In this document: one piece after another, positions 18,501 to 28,745 of the stretch
How positions within the stretch are numbered: the stretch's first letter is position 1
Layout: every line of letters begins with the position of its first letter
Source of the DNA: Candidatus Oxydemutatoraceae bacterium
Lineage (GTDB): Bacteria; Pseudomonadota; Gammaproteobacteria; Poriferisulfidales; Oxydemutatoraceae
DNA: 64,000 nucleotides
Assembly: GCA_965218975.1 (NCBI GenBank)
Contig: OZ244717.1
Location: forward strand, 234,205 to 298,204
Direction: 5' to 3'
Notes under the pieces: generated by a model
What the model saw: the letters and a program-made list of their open reading frames with translations, nothing else
Databases searched by the model: none
What the model was told of the DNA's origin: nothing
Position numbers and translations under genes: made by a program

Positions 18501-19109
18501 ATGAAGAACCCTCTCAATTCCATTACAGGAACGATTGTCAGCGGTTTTATTCTTGCAGTTATAGTTAGTATAGTCCTTGCCGACGTAACCGTGACACCGA
18601 TCAATGCGCTCATTATATGGCTGCATGTGTTATTTGGTATTGTCTGGATTGGGTTATTGTATTACTTTAACTTTGTACAAATGCCGGCGGTCGCTAAAGC
18701 GTTGGAAGACGGGGACCCCGGCCCCGGTGCAATTAATCAATATGTTGCGCCTAAAGCATTGGCATGGTTTCGTTATACCGCTTTGCTAACTTGGTTAAGC
18801 GGCGCTGCCGCTATTGAAATTCTTTATGGTCCGGGTAGTTTTTTAAGCGTATTTGCCCTGCAAAAACAGGTTGTATTGGGCGTCGGAGCTTGGCTTGGAA
18901 CAATCATGCTATTGAACGTCTGGGGCTTGATCTGGCCAAACCAGAAAAAAATACTCGGGCTTGATGGAGTTAACGCGACCGATGAACAAAAAGCATCGGC
19001 AAAGAAAATTGCCATGCTGGCATCACGCACCAACACTTTGCTGTCTATTCCGATGATCCTATGTATGATCGGAGGCGGAATGGGACACGGCTTGCCTTTA
19101 GCGTTTTAA
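18501..19109 (+). CDS. Hypothetical integral membrane protein with 4-5 transmembrane helices.
   Basis: RBS TAAGGAGGtctattATG. Hydrophobic helices ILAVIVSIVLA, IIWLHVLFGIVWIGLLYYF, ALLTWLSGAAAIEILYG, LGVGAWLGTIMLLNVWGLIW. No confident family. It is followed by a strong terminator. Confidence 0.6.
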   Translation: MKNPLNSITGTIVSGFILAVIVSIVLADVTVTPINALIIWLHVLFGIVWIGLLYYFNFVQMPAVAKALEDGDPGPGAINQYVAPKALAWFRYTALLTWLSGAAAIEILYGPGSFLSVFALQKQVVLGVGAWLGTIMLLNVWGLIWPNQKKILGLDGVNATDEQKASAKKIAMLASRTNTLLSIPMILCMIGGGMGHGLPLAF

Positions 19110-19146
19110 TACGCTCTTCATTTATCTACCGCGCGAAACAAGCTGA

Positions 19147-19178
19147 CCGGCGGCTATGATAGCCGCCGGCTTTTTTTA
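19147..19178 (+). terminator. Rho-independent terminator.
   Basis: CCGGCGGCT-atgat-AGCCGCCGG is a 9-bp GC-rich stem. It is followed by TTTTTTT. Confidence 0.8.
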
Positions 19179-19200
19179 TTTATACAGCACACTGTTGACC

Positions 19201-20361
19201 ATGAGCTACCTATTCCCAAATTATGATCGCCTTCCGGTCACTTTTGCCAAAGGACAAGGTGTCTGGTTAGAAGACACTAACGGCAAACGTTATCTTGACG
19301 CATTGTCGGGTATCGCTGTATGCGGACTGGGACATGCTCATCCCACGATTGTTCAAGCGATTAACAACCAAAGTCGAAATCTATTGCATACTTCAAATAT
19401 CTACTATATTGACCGGCAAGAAGCGCTTGCCGAACGATTAACCGCTGTGGCAAACATGGATGCCGCTTTTTTCTGCAACTCCGGCACTGAAGCCAATGAA
19501 GCGGCAATCAAGTTGGCACGACTATATGCGCACCATCAAGGAAATAAGCGCCCGGCAATTCTGGTCATGCAGGGAGGATTTCACGGACGTACGTTAGGTT
19601 CACTGGCAGCTTCGGATATGCAAACCGATCAATTCGGGCCATTGCCGGACGGCTTTGTTCGCATTCCGTTTAACGACATTACTGCTGCGGAAAATGCGAT
19701 AGAAAGCGACAAGAACATTTGCGCCGTGTTGGTCGAACCGATACAAGGCGAAGGCGGTGTCCGTATTCCCGCACCGGACTACTTGCCCGCATTGCGGCAA
19801 TTATGTGATCAACACCAATTATTATTGATGCTTGACGAAGTGCAAACCGGCGTGGGAAGAACCGGGCATTGGTACTGCTATCAACAGTACGCATGGCGCC
19901 CCGATATCCTGACTACTGCAAAAGCGCTTGGTAACGGAATACCTATAGGTGCGTGCTTGGCAAATGAGAATGTTGCCTCAATCTTTACACCCGGCACCCA
20001 TGGTTCCACTTTCGGCGGTAACCCACTGGCATGCGCTGTCGGCTATTCCGTTTTAGAAACGATCGCAAACCGGAATCTATGTGTTCACGCCGGCAACATC
20101 GGTAATTATTTGTTAACGGAACTACAATCAAAACTCAGCGCAATGGATGGCATCGTTGAAATACGCGGTGCCGGATTAATGATCGGTATCGAACTCAAAC
20201 AAGCTTATCCGACTTTATCTTCGGCCGCACTGGAATCTGGCTTGCTAATCAATGTCATATCCGGTACGGTAGTCCGTCTATTGCCTCCGCTCATCATTGA
20301 ACATGAACACGCTGATATGATCGTTGAAAGGCTGGCGGAAAGCATACAAAAAGTCATTTAA
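19201..20361 (+). CDS. argD: Acetylornithine aminotransferase (class III PLP aminotransferase).
   Basis: Blocks LDALSGIAVCGLGHAHP, FFCNSGTEANEAAIKLAR, LLMLDEVQTGVGRTG, TTAKALGNGIPIGA, THGSTFGGNPLACA. Start taken at MSYLFPNYD (19201), downstream of the terminator. Adjacent to argF. Confidence 0.85.
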   Translation: MSYLFPNYDRLPVTFAKGQGVWLEDTNGKRYLDALSGIAVCGLGHAHPTIVQAINNQSRNLLHTSNIYYIDRQEALAERLTAVANMDAAFFCNSGTEANEAAIKLARLYAHHQGNKRPAILVMQGGFHGRTLGSLAASDMQTDQFGPLPDGFVRIPFNDITAAENAIESDKNICAVLVEPIQGEGGVRIPAPDYLPALRQLCDQHQLLLMLDEVQTGVGRTGHWYCYQQYAWRPDILTTAKALGNGIPIGACLANENVASIFTPGTHGSTFGGNPLACAVGYSVLETIANRNLCVHAGNIGNYLLTELQSKLSAMDGIVEIRGAGLMIGIELKQAYPTLSSAALESGLLINVISGTVVRLLPPLIIEHEHADMIVERLAESIQKVI

Positions 20362-20366
20362 TTATC

Positions 20367-21281
20367 ATGCAAACAAACCGACATTTTTTATCGCTTCTGG
20401 ATTTTTCACCTGAAGAATTGCAGGTTTTAATTCGGCGGGCAGCGGAATTAAAAAACATGTCGACTGATGCCGAATACATGCCGTTGAGAGGCAAATCATT
20501 GGTGATGATCTTTGAAAAATCTTCAACCCGTACACGTATTTCATTTGAAATCGCGATGCGTCAGTTAGGCGGGTACGCGATTTTTCTCTCAATGCGCGAT
20601 ACTCAACTCGGGCGCGGCGAGCTCATTGAAGACAGTGCGCGTGTTTTATCAAGACTCGCCGATGTGATTATGCTGAGAACCTTTGAACATCAGCGGTTGA
20701 TAGACTTTGCCGAACATTCGGGCAAGCCGGTGATTAACGGGTTAACCGACTACTTACACCCCTGCCAGTTGCTTGCCGACATGTTGACTTATTATGAAAG
20801 GAAAGGCGACATCAAAGGACGGATTGTCGCATGGGTAGGCGACGGCAACAATATGTGCCACTCATATATCAACGCGGCAAAACAATTCGGCTTCCGCTTA
20901 CGCGTTGCCTGCCCCAGCGGCTTCAGCCCGGACGATAAAATCCTCAGCGACAACCATGCCGTCGAGATCAGCGCTTCTCCTCAAGCGGCCGTTGCAGGGG
21001 CGGATTTGGTCGTGACCGACGTGTGGGTAAGCATGGGACAGGAAGCAGAACGCACCGAACGCTTACAAAAACTTGCTGATTATCAGGTGAACAGCAAACT
21101 AATGGCTAGCGCTGACAAAGATGCTATATTTTTACATTGCTTGCCGGCGCACCGCGGCGAAGAAGTCAGCGCCGAAATATTGGAAAGCGCACAAAGCGGC
21201 GTTTGGGATGCGGCGGAAAACCGGATGCATTCGCAAAAAGCGCTTTTGGAATTTCTATTGATCGGTCGAAACCAAACTTAG
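20367..21281 (+). CDS. argF: Ornithine carbamoyltransferase.
   Basis: Carbamoyl-phosphate binding motif STRTRISFE. Blocks HPCQLLADMLT and CLPAHRGEEV. 304 aa. Confidence 0.9.
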   Translation: MQTNRHFLSLLDFSPEELQVLIRRAAELKNMSTDAEYMPLRGKSLVMIFEKSSTRTRISFEIAMRQLGGYAIFLSMRDTQLGRGELIEDSARVLSRLADVIMLRTFEHQRLIDFAEHSGKPVINGLTDYLHPCQLLADMLTYYERKGDIKGRIVAWVGDGNNMCHSYINAAKQFGFRLRVACPSGFSPDDKILSDNHAVEISASPQAAVAGADLVVTDVWVSMGQEAERTERLQKLADYQVNSKLMASADKDAIFLHCLPAHRGEEVSAEILESAQSGVWDAAENRMHSQKALLEFLLIGRNQT

Positions 21282-21330
21282 CTTGTTAACTATCCTAAGC
21301 ACTTTGTCCGGGGCCGTTACGCCAACCTGC

Positions 21331-22077
21331 TCAATGCTTACCGGAAGTTTTGGGATGCTTTGTATGGCGAATATCTTTGCCCGCCAGCAAGTACACGGTA
21401 TATTCACTAATGTTCTTAGCGTGATCACCAATGCGCTCAAGGGCACGAACACACCAAATCACGCTTAAAAGCGGTTGAACATCGCTGGGACACTCGGACA
21501 TTTCGGATAGCAGGGCACTCATCACCGCCTGACACTCATCATCAAGCACTTGATCTTGCCGATGTAGCTTTGTGCTTGAATCTTCCAAACGCGCAAAACT
21601 ATCTAACGCGAGACGTAGCATACTAGTAACGGTATTACCAAGCACTTCCACTCGTTGCAGAAGGCTTTTTGCAATATGGCTTTGCTCAATAATCGCAACT
21701 TGCTTTGCAATTTTTTGCGCTTCATCGCCAATGCGCTCCAAGTCGGCGATCATCTTCAACGCAGTGGTTACTAATCTTAAATCGCGCGCAACCGGCTGAT
21801 GCAGAGCAAGTATCTTAGTACATTCGGCATCAACTCTGACCTCCATGATATTCACTTTATGATCAGACTGAGCAACGTGTTTCGCTTGCTTAACGTCTCC
21901 TTTATGCAATGCAGCAATCACTTCAGAGAGTCGCTTTTCAACTAGTCCGGCCATTTCCAAAACCAAACTACACATTGCCTCTAAGTCATCAGAGAATTGA
22001 GTCGCAGTATGGCTGCCGATCTCACCTATTGAATGAGGAAAATTGTCAATCGGATTTTTAATTTCACCTGAACTCAT
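21331..22077 (-). CDS. phoU: Phosphate signalling complex protein PhoU.
   Basis: Two PhoU repeats, each with the ERIGDxAxNI motif (DLERIGDEAQKIAK and LERIGDHAKNISE). Start taken at MSSGEIK. Confidence 0.85.
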   Translation of the reverse strand: MSSGEIKNPIDNFPHSIGEIGSHTATQFSDDLEAMCSLVLEMAGLVEKRLSEVIAALHKGDVKQAKHVAQSDHKVNIMEVRVDAECTKILALHQPVARDLRLVTTALKMIADLERIGDEAQKIAKQVAIIEQSHIAKSLLQRVEVLGNTVTSMLRLALDSFARLEDSSTKLHRQDQVLDDECQAVMSALLSEMSECPSDVQPLLSVIWCVRALERIGDHAKNISEYTVYLLAGKDIRHTKHPKTSGKH

Positions 22078-22201
22078 GCTGATATTGTTATATATTATAA
22101 GAAAAGGCACAAGCTTTACCGTGTCATGAATATGACACATTTATTACATAGAATTCATTTTTCAATCATTTGGCGCTTAACAATAGTGAAACTAATTTTC
22201 A

Positions 22202-23566
22202 GTGAATAGTTGGAACTTTATTATTTTGAGCTTGGCCGTCGGCACTGTTTGCTTCTTATTAAGCAATCGGCGCATCGTCGGCGCTGAGGCAAGCGGCGTT
22301 CAATTCCCCTCGCGTCCTATTTACTATAACTGGTATTGTGCTTTGTGGTGCATTGTCCCTGCACTGATCGTACTCGCAATATGGCACTGGGCTGAGACAT
22401 ATATACTTGATTATTTTATTTCGCTTGAATTGACAGAGGTTAAAAATCTTTCTAAACGAAGTATGCTACTCGGACAAATACCGCAGATGGCAGACGGCAC
22501 AATTAAGCCTAACCCTAAAGCCACAGCCGCTATTGCCGCCTACCAGAATTTGCGACATACCAGCAATGCTGCGCTTACGGTTGTTTTTCTAATCATACTC
22601 GCTATCGGAGCCGGCTGGGGATTAAGCCGAGTGCGGCAGAGTAGCATTAATGCACAAATAAAAATTGAGAAATTCCTGAAGCTGATACTTCTAACTTGTT
22701 CGGTCGTCGCAGTTTTTACCACCATTGGAATCGTGTTATCGGTTTTGTTCGAAAGTTTAAGATTCTTTCAGTTAGTATCCCCGTTTGAGTTTTTTTTCAG
22801 CACAACTTGGAGTCCGCAAACAGCAATTCGTCCGGATCAAGTCGGTTCCAGCGGTTCATTCGGTGCGGTGCCATTATTTACCGGCACGCTACTGATCACG
22901 GGAATCGTCATGTTGGTATCCGTACCCATCGGATTGATGACGGCATTGTACTTATCGGAACTTGCGCACCCGCGCACTCGCGCGATTGTCAAACCTCTAC
23001 TTGAAATACTTGCGGGGATACCAACCGTTGTTTATGGATTCTTTGCCGTACTCGCCGTTGCCCCGCTAATTCGAGATCTGGGCAATTCGCTGGGATTGCA
23101 AACCTCCTCGGAAAGCGCGTTAGCGGCAGGTTTGGTCATGGGTATTATGATTATCCCGTTTATCTCATCGTTATCCGATGACGTGATCAATGCCGTTCCT
23201 CAATCGTTGCGCGACGGATCTTACGCGCTAGGGGCGACACACGCGGAAACTATTCTGAAAGTTATCTTCTTGGCGGCATTACCGGGGATTGTCGGCAGTA
23301 TTTTGCTGGCAATTTCACGTGCAATCGGTGAAACTATGATCGTTGTTATGGCGGCAGGGCTTGCGGCAAACTTGACTGCTAACCCGCTGGAATCCGTCAC
23401 AACCGTCACAGTCCAAATCGTCACTTTATTAAAAGGCGATCAGGAATTTGACAGCCCCAAAACTTTGGCAGCCTTCGCGCTGGGATTGACGCTATTTTTT
23501 ATCACATTAGTACTCAATGTCATCGCATTAAAAGTGGTACGGAAATATCGTGAAAAATACGAATAA
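22202..23566 (+). CDS. pstC: Phosphate ABC transporter permease PstC (long form).
   Basis: ABC permease signature region around ALYLSELA. Multiple transmembrane helices. Position is upstream of pstA-pstB. Confidence 0.8.
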   Translation: MNSWNFIILSLAVGTVCFLLSNRRIVGAEASGVQFPSRPIYYNWYCALWCIVPALIVLAIWHWAETYILDYFISLELTEVKNLSKRSMLLGQIPQMADGTIKPNPKATAAIAAYQNLRHTSNAALTVVFLIILAIGAGWGLSRVRQSSINAQIKIEKFLKLILLTCSVVAVFTTIGIVLSVLFESLRFFQLVSPFEFFFSTTWSPQTAIRPDQVGSSGSFGAVPLFTGTLLITGIVMLVSVPIGLMTALYLSELAHPRTRAIVKPLLEILAGIPTVVYGFFAVLAVAPLIRDLGNSLGLQTSSESALAAGLVMGIMIIPFISSLSDDVINAVPQSLRDGSYALGATHAETILKVIFLAALPGIVGSILLAISRAIGETMIVVMAAGLAANLTANPLESVTTVTVQIVTLLKGDQEFDSPKTLAAFALGLTLFFITLVLNVIALKVVRKYREKYE

Positions 23567-24824
23567 CCAGTTGACCCAAACCGTTTTATCTCGTCAATTC
23601 CAGCGGCGTTTGGCAAAAAACCAACGTTTCAAATGGTATGGCGTCTTATCTATCGGTCTGGCAATTAGTTTCTTGTTGATAATTTTTATGGTTATTTTAG
23701 GAAACGGATACAGTGTCTTGCGACAAACAAGTATTGAATTGGAACTGGATTTTTCCGATCTTCGTTATGACCCGGCAAATCCGGCCCGAACCGATTTCAG
23801 CTTACCGATTAAACAAGCGCTATATAGGATGTTCCCGGAAGCGCAGTCGCGCGAAGATAAATTACAATTGCGCGCGTTATTGAGCCGTCATGCTCAATAC
23901 GAATTACGCAATGCGGTAGAGGATAATCCTTCCTTGCTCAATAAAAAAATAAATTTTCGTTTTACTGCGGACAGCGAAGTTGATTTGTACAGGAAAGGGA
24001 AAATAGATATTGATTTGCCCGAATCGGACCGGCGCATCAGCAATCGACAAATTGAATGGATAAACACATTGATTGCTGAAAACAAACTTCAACTATCATT
24101 CAATACTAATTTTTTTACCTCCGGATCATCGCGTAATCCGGAACAAGCCGGAATACTCGCCGCATTAATCGGTTCGCTTTATGCGATGATGATTACATTT
24201 GTACTGGCATTTCCTTTAGGCATCGGGGCGGCGATTTATCTTGAAGAATTTGCTCCTTCGAACCGATTCACCGATTTGATTGAAGTCAACATCAATAACC
24301 TCGCCGCAGTTCCTTCGATTATTTTTGGCCTGTTAGGGCTGGCAATTTTTATCAACTTTTTTGATTTGCCAAGATCCACTCCGCTAGTCGGCGGTATCGT
24401 GTTGGCATTGATGACATTACCGACAATCATTATTTCGAGCCGTGCCGCGATTAAAGCGGTACCGTGTTCCATACGCGAAGCGGCTTTTGGCCTTGGCGCA
24501 TCGCACATGCAGGTTATTTTTCATCACATCGTTCCGTTAGCAATGCCGGGCATGTTGACCGGATCAATTATCGGAATGGCGCAAGCTCTAGGTGAAAGCG
24601 CACCATTGATGATGATCGGAATGGTCGCATTTATCGCCGACATCCCCAACAACATCACTGACCCTTCAACAGCGCTCCCAGTGCAAATTTTCATGTGGTC
24701 AAAGTACCCGGAGGCCGGTTTTGCCGAACGAGCCGCAGGTGCGATTATCGTGCTTTTGATAATGTTGTTTACGATCAACGCATTTGCAATATTTCTTAGA
24801 AAACGTCTGGAAAAACGCTGGTAA
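23550..24824 (+). CDS. pstA: Phosphate ABC transporter permease PstA (long form).
   Basis: EAA-loop region AAIYLEEFAPSNRFTDLIEVNINNLAAVPSIIFG. Gene order is pstC-pstA-pstB. Confidence 0.8.
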   Translation: MKNTNNQLTQTVLSRQFQRRLAKNQRFKWYGVLSIGLAISFLLIIFMVILGNGYSVLRQTSIELELDFSDLRYDPANPARTDFSLPIKQALYRMFPEAQSREDKLQLRALLSRHAQYELRNAVEDNPSLLNKKINFRFTADSEVDLYRKGKIDIDLPESDRRISNRQIEWINTLIAENKLQLSFNTNFFTSGSSRNPEQAGILAALIGSLYAMMITFVLAFPLGIGAAIYLEEFAPSNRFTDLIEVNINNLAAVPSIIFGLLGLAIFINFFDLPRSTPLVGGIVLALMTLPTIIISSRAAIKAVPCSIREAAFGLGASHMQVIFHHIVPLAMPGMLTGSIIGMAQALGESAPLMMIGMVAFIADIPNNITDPSTALPVQIFMWSKYPEAGFAERAAGAIIVLLIMLFTINAFAIFLRKRLEKRW

Positions 24825-24833
24825 GGACAACAA

Positions 24834-25640
24834 ATGGAAATCATTGACGAAAACTTCGTGACAGTCGGCAATGTAAAAGCGGACAACCCGAGAATGCAAA
24901 TTCGTGATGTGAATGTGCACTATGGCGAAAAACATGCCATTAAAAATGCCACTCTGGAGATCGGTGAACATCAAGTAACCGCAATGATTGGCCCTTCGGG
25001 TTGCGGTAAATCAACTTTGCTGCGTTGCCTGAATAGAATGAACGATACGATACCTGATTGTCGAGTCACCGGCGACATTCTGCTGGACGGCAAATCTATC
25101 AACAGTGCGGAAACCAATGTTTTTGCATTACGCACTCGCGTCGGAATGGTGTTTCAAAAACCCAATCCTTTCCCTAAATCGATTTATGATAATGTCGCTT
25201 ATGGCCCGCGCATTCACGGTTTGGCAGCAAATCGTGCCGAATTGGATGATGTTGTCCGCACCAGTTTGGAAAAAGCCGGATTATTAGACGAAGTCGATAA
25301 TAGACTGGATTTACCCGGAACCAGCTTATCGGGCGGACAACAACAGCGTCTTTGCATTGCCCGAACTATTGCAATCAATCCGGAAGTAATTCTGATGGAT
25401 GAACCATGCTCGGCTTTGGATCCGATTGCCACCGCCAAAATTGAAGAATTAATTAATGAGTTGAGGGAAAACTATACCATCGTCATCGTGACGCACTCAA
25501 TGCAACAAGCGGCAAGGATCTCCCAACGTACCGCATATTTCCACCTTGGGCATTTGGTGGAGATGGATGATACCGACACAATATTCACCAATCCGAAGCA
25601 CCATTTGGCCGAGGAGTACATTACCGGCCGCTTCGGCTAA
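24834..25640 (+). CDS. pstB: Phosphate ABC transporter ATP-binding protein PstB.
   Basis: Walker [13 protein letters not shown] signature LSGGQQQRL. Walker B ILMDEP. RBS AAGGAcaacaaATG. Confidence 0.9.
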   Translation: MEIIDENFVTVGNVKADNPRMQIRDVNVHYGEKHAIKNATLEIGEHQVTAMIGPSGCGKSTLLRCLNRMNDTIPDCRVTGDILLDGKSINSAETNVFALRTRVGMVFQKPNPFPKSIYDNVAYGPRIHGLAANRAELDDVVRTSLEKAGLLDEVDNRLDLPGTSLSGGQQQRLCIARTIAINPEVILMDEPCSALDPIATAKIEELINELRENYTIVIVTHSMQQAARISQRTAYFHLGHLVEMDDTDTIFTNPKHHLAEEYITGRFG

Positions 25641-25666
25641 GGTTAAAACGCAAATAATCGTTCCCG

Positions 25667-26947
25667 TCAATTCAGGCGTAAATTGCTAGCGGAAAACTTA
25701 CACAGGAAGGTGCTACCCTCTCCCACAACGCTTTGGATGTCAAGCTCGGCGTTATGCCGCTTCAGCACATGTTTGACAATGGCAAGTCCGAGGCCGGTCC
25801 CTCCGGCTTCATGAGAACGTCCTTCATCAACGCGATATAAGCGTTCGGTCAGACGAGGAATATGTTTGGCGGCGATACCGCAACCTTCATCCGATACTGA
25901 AAAATAACCATGCGTATCATCGGTATGCCAACGCAAGGTCACCTTGCCTTGTGACGGCGAATAACGCAATGCATTATGTACTAAATTAAAAAATGCGCTT
26001 CTGAGCTCAAAAAAACTCCCGTAAAGACAAGCATCGGATTCTATCCGCTTTTCCAAAACACATCGTTTCTCAATGAAAAGCATCTTTGCACTACCACTCA
26101 CTTCGTCAACTAATCGAGCGACGTCGATAACTTCAAGCTCCTTATCGGTTAAGGGCGAATCTTCCAGTTTCTCAAGTGAAACCGTATCATTGATGATATA
26201 TTCCATTTGATTGACATGCCGGACGATTTCCTTGGTGGCTGCGGCCAATTGCTCAGGCTCAACCAATTGCTCAGGTTCGACAGGTAATGCATCCTTTAAA
26301 ATTTCCGCATACCCCTTAATAACTGTCAGAGGTGAACGCAACTCGTGTGACATATTGCTCAACAACTCGCGACGCACTTTTTCCAAATGATGCAAACGTG
26401 TCACATCTTGAATAATCACGAGTTGTCTATTCTGAAAGTCACTCACATGAACCATCAATTTTTTGGCGCCAAGACGCAGTACTACTGCTTCCTCACTTTG
26501 GCTAGTTTGCAGACATTCGGCAAAGTCCGGTTCTCTTAACAAGTGAGTGATATTTCTTCCCACATCTTGAGATTTGAGATTGATCATTTGCATTGCATGA
26601 TCGTTGAACCATTCGATATGATGATTTTCTGTAAGTTGAATGATACCGAAAGGCAAGGTTGCAATTCCATCGCGAAAATGTTGCAGAATTCTCGCTTGGT
26701 TCACTTTTAACTTTTCATTCTGCAGGCGGTTGATCCGGGCGCAGATTTCATTCCAGGCATGATGGAATGTCTCCGTCGGTTGATGTCCTAATTTCAAACA
26801 AGCAAGTACCCGGTGTAAACAACTGACGTGCCACAAGTGCAACAAAACCGAAGCAACCAACGCGCCTAGCAAGGAATAGCCGAATTGAAAACCGACCCAA
26901 TAACCTCCCGCTATAAAAACGGCATAAATAAAAATGTCTGAGATCAC
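25667..26947 (-). CDS. phoR: Phosphate regulon sensor histidine kinase PhoR.
   Basis: N-terminal transmembrane segment and PAS region. H-box SHELRSPLT. G-boxes DEGCGI and GGTGLGLAIV. Confidence 0.85.
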   Translation of the reverse strand: MISDIFIYAVFIAGGYWVGFQFGYSLLGALVASVLLHLWHVSCLHRVLACLKLGHQPTETFHHAWNEICARINRLQNEKLKVNQARILQHFRDGIATLPFGIIQLTENHHIEWFNDHAMQMINLKSQDVGRNITHLLREPDFAECLQTSQSEEAVVLRLGAKKLMVHVSDFQNRQLVIIQDVTRLHHLEKVRRELLSNMSHELRSPLTVIKGYAEILKDALPVEPEQLVEPEQLAAATKEIVRHVNQMEYIINDTVSLEKLEDSPLTDKELEVIDVARLVDEVSGSAKMLFIEKRCVLEKRIESDACLYGSFFELRSAFFNLVHNALRYSPSQGKVTLRWHTDDTHGYFSVSDEGCGIAAKHIPRLTERLYRVDEGRSHEAGGTGLGLAIVKHVLKRHNAELDIQSVVGEGSTFLCKFSASNLRLN

Positions 26948-26955
26948 TGATTGCT

Positions 26956-27663
26956 TTACACCGAAGAACCTTTTGTCAGGTTACGCATACGATAACCAAA
27001 TCCGTGTACGGTTTCGACGGCTGAATGCAAGCCATAGGGGTTCAGAACTTTTCGCAGACGGCGAATATGCACATCAATCGTGCGCTCCTCGATAAATTTA
27101 TTCACCCCCCAAACATGATCCAAAATTTGCGTACGTGAATAAGCCCGCCCGGGATGCTTGATGAAAAAGAGCAGTAAGTTAAACTCGGTTGATGTAATGG
27201 ACACAACGTGATTATTAATCATCAAGCAACGTTCCGCCGGCTGCAAAGTAATCGGACCGAAAATCACCTCATCGGTAACCGCATGCGGTTTTGCTCGCCG
27301 CAGAAGAACTTTAATCCGCGTCATGACTTCTCGTGGCGAAAACGGCTTGGTAATGTAATCGTCGGCGCCGCCGAGCAATGCTTTTATCTTATCCTCTTCT
27401 TCTGTTTTGGCAGTCAGCATAATGACCGGAATATGTCGTGTTGTTTCTTGCGAGCGCAAACGCATCATCGCGTCATAACCACTCATACCGGGCATCATCC
27501 AATCCAGCAAAATAATATCGGGCAATTTCTTATTGAGTAAATCAAAGGCTTGTTTTGCATCATTAGCGGAATAAACAACATAGCCTTCGCTTGATAAAAA
27601 AAATTTCAGCATCTGACGAACGCTAAGGTTGTCTTCAACAATTAAAGCTGAAGGACCGGGCAT
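26956..27663 (-). CDS. phoB: Phosphate regulon response regulator PhoB (OmpR family).
   Basis: Receiver domain ILLDWMMPGMSG. Winged-helix C-terminus VHGFGYRM. Immediately downstream of phoR on the same strand. Confidence 0.85.
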   Translation of the reverse strand: MPGPSALIVEDNLSVRQMLKFFLSSEGYVVYSANDAKQAFDLLNKKLPDIILLDWMMPGMSGYDAMMRLRSQETTRHIPVIMLTAKTEEEDKIKALLGGADDYITKPFSPREVMTRIKVLLRRAKPHAVTDEVIFGPITLQPAERCLMINNHVVSITSTEFNLLLFFIKHPGRAYSRTQILDHVWGVNKFIEERTIDVHIRRLRKVLNPYGLHSAVETVHGFGYRMRNLTKGSSV

Positions 27664-28673
27664 GAATCGGAAGATTTTTTATTGAAACGTGCAAACAGCA
27701 GAGAAAAATATTCATTTTTTGGAATGAAATGACGTACAATTTCACAGAAACTTGCGCTTAGCAAATTGTTTAATCTCTTGCAAGTGAATTTTTGGCTCAC
27801 TTCAGTCAAAACATGTTCTTCTTTGTCAAAATCAACGGATAAATTTAGATCTTTCAAGTGAACCGTATGTTGCAGATTAGAAACCAAATACATTTCAACG
27901 CGTTCTTTTTCAGTATTATAAACAGCGCAGTATGAAAAATTTTTCAGGGAAAAATTAGCATTTAACTTACGGTTGAGAACATTCAGCACATTCAGGTTGA
28001 ATTGCCTCGTAACACCTCCGGCATCGTCATAAGCCGCTTCGAGCACTTTCCCGGACTTAACGCGATCAACACCCATTAACAAATTGCTTCCGTCACCCAA
28101 CAGTTGTTGTATTTCGAGCAAAAACTTCAAGGATTCGTTCAGCGCCATATTTCCAATTGTGCTACCAAACAATAACGCCAAAGTGCGTTCCTGCGGAAGC
28201 TGAATATTGCTCAGCCCCGCATGATAATCACCTACCATCGGATAAACTTCCAACCACGAATAACGTTGACACAAACTCCGGCTTACTTCTTCCAATACTT
28301 CGGCACAAATATCCATTGGCCAGTATGTGCTATAGATTCCCTGACGTTCGCAGGCATCCAATAACATGCGGGTTTTACGCGACATGCCGCTACCAAACTC
28401 AATAATATGCTGAGGTTTTGCCAATGCAATAATTTCATCGGCGTTATCAAGTAAAAGCTTTTCCTCAGCACGGGTCAAATAATACTCTTCAGTATCACAA
28501 ATCTCATTAAATAAGCGTGACCCTTCCTCATCATAAAGATACTTAGGAAGGAGCCGGCGCGGAGGATATCTAAAGTTGTAGTAGATGTCTTGGGTGAGAG
28601 TTGTGTTTGGTATTGTAGGCTTGATGACAACACATTCGCCTTTTTTCTCTTTTCTCTTTAGTTTGCTTTGCAT
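27642..28673 (-). CDS. egtD: L-histidine N-alpha-methyltransferase (ergothioneine biosynthesis EgtD).
   Basis: The N-terminal block LPPKYLYDEEGSRLFNEICDTEEYYLTRAEEKLL aligns with the EgtD signature YDxxGSxLFxxIxxLPEYYxTRxE. SAM-binding motif EFGSGMSRKT. The true start is probably internal to the ORF-track call. Confidence 0.8.
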   Translation of the reverse strand: MQSKLKRKEKKGECVVIKPTIPNTTLTQDIYYNFRYPPRRLLPKYLYDEEGSRLFNEICDTEEYYLTRAEEKLLLDNADEIIALAKPQHIIEFGSGMSRKTRMLLDACERQGIYSTYWPMDICAEVLEEVSRSLCQRYSWLEVYPMVGDYHAGLSNIQLPQERTLALLFGSTIGNMALNESLKFLLEIQQLLGDGSNLLMGVDRVKSGKVLEAAYDDAGGVTRQFNLNVLNVLNRKLNANFSLKNFSYCAVYNTEKERVEMYLVSNLQHTVHLKDLNLSVDFDKEEHVLTEVSQKFTCKRLNNLLSASFCEIVRHFIPKNEYFSLLFARFNKKSSDSCPVLQL

Positions 28674-28745
28674 GATATTATCCGGTCTTGAATGCGAATA
28701 AAATATTATGAGCAGCAGCCGAGCTTGTTTATGTAAAAGTCCGTC

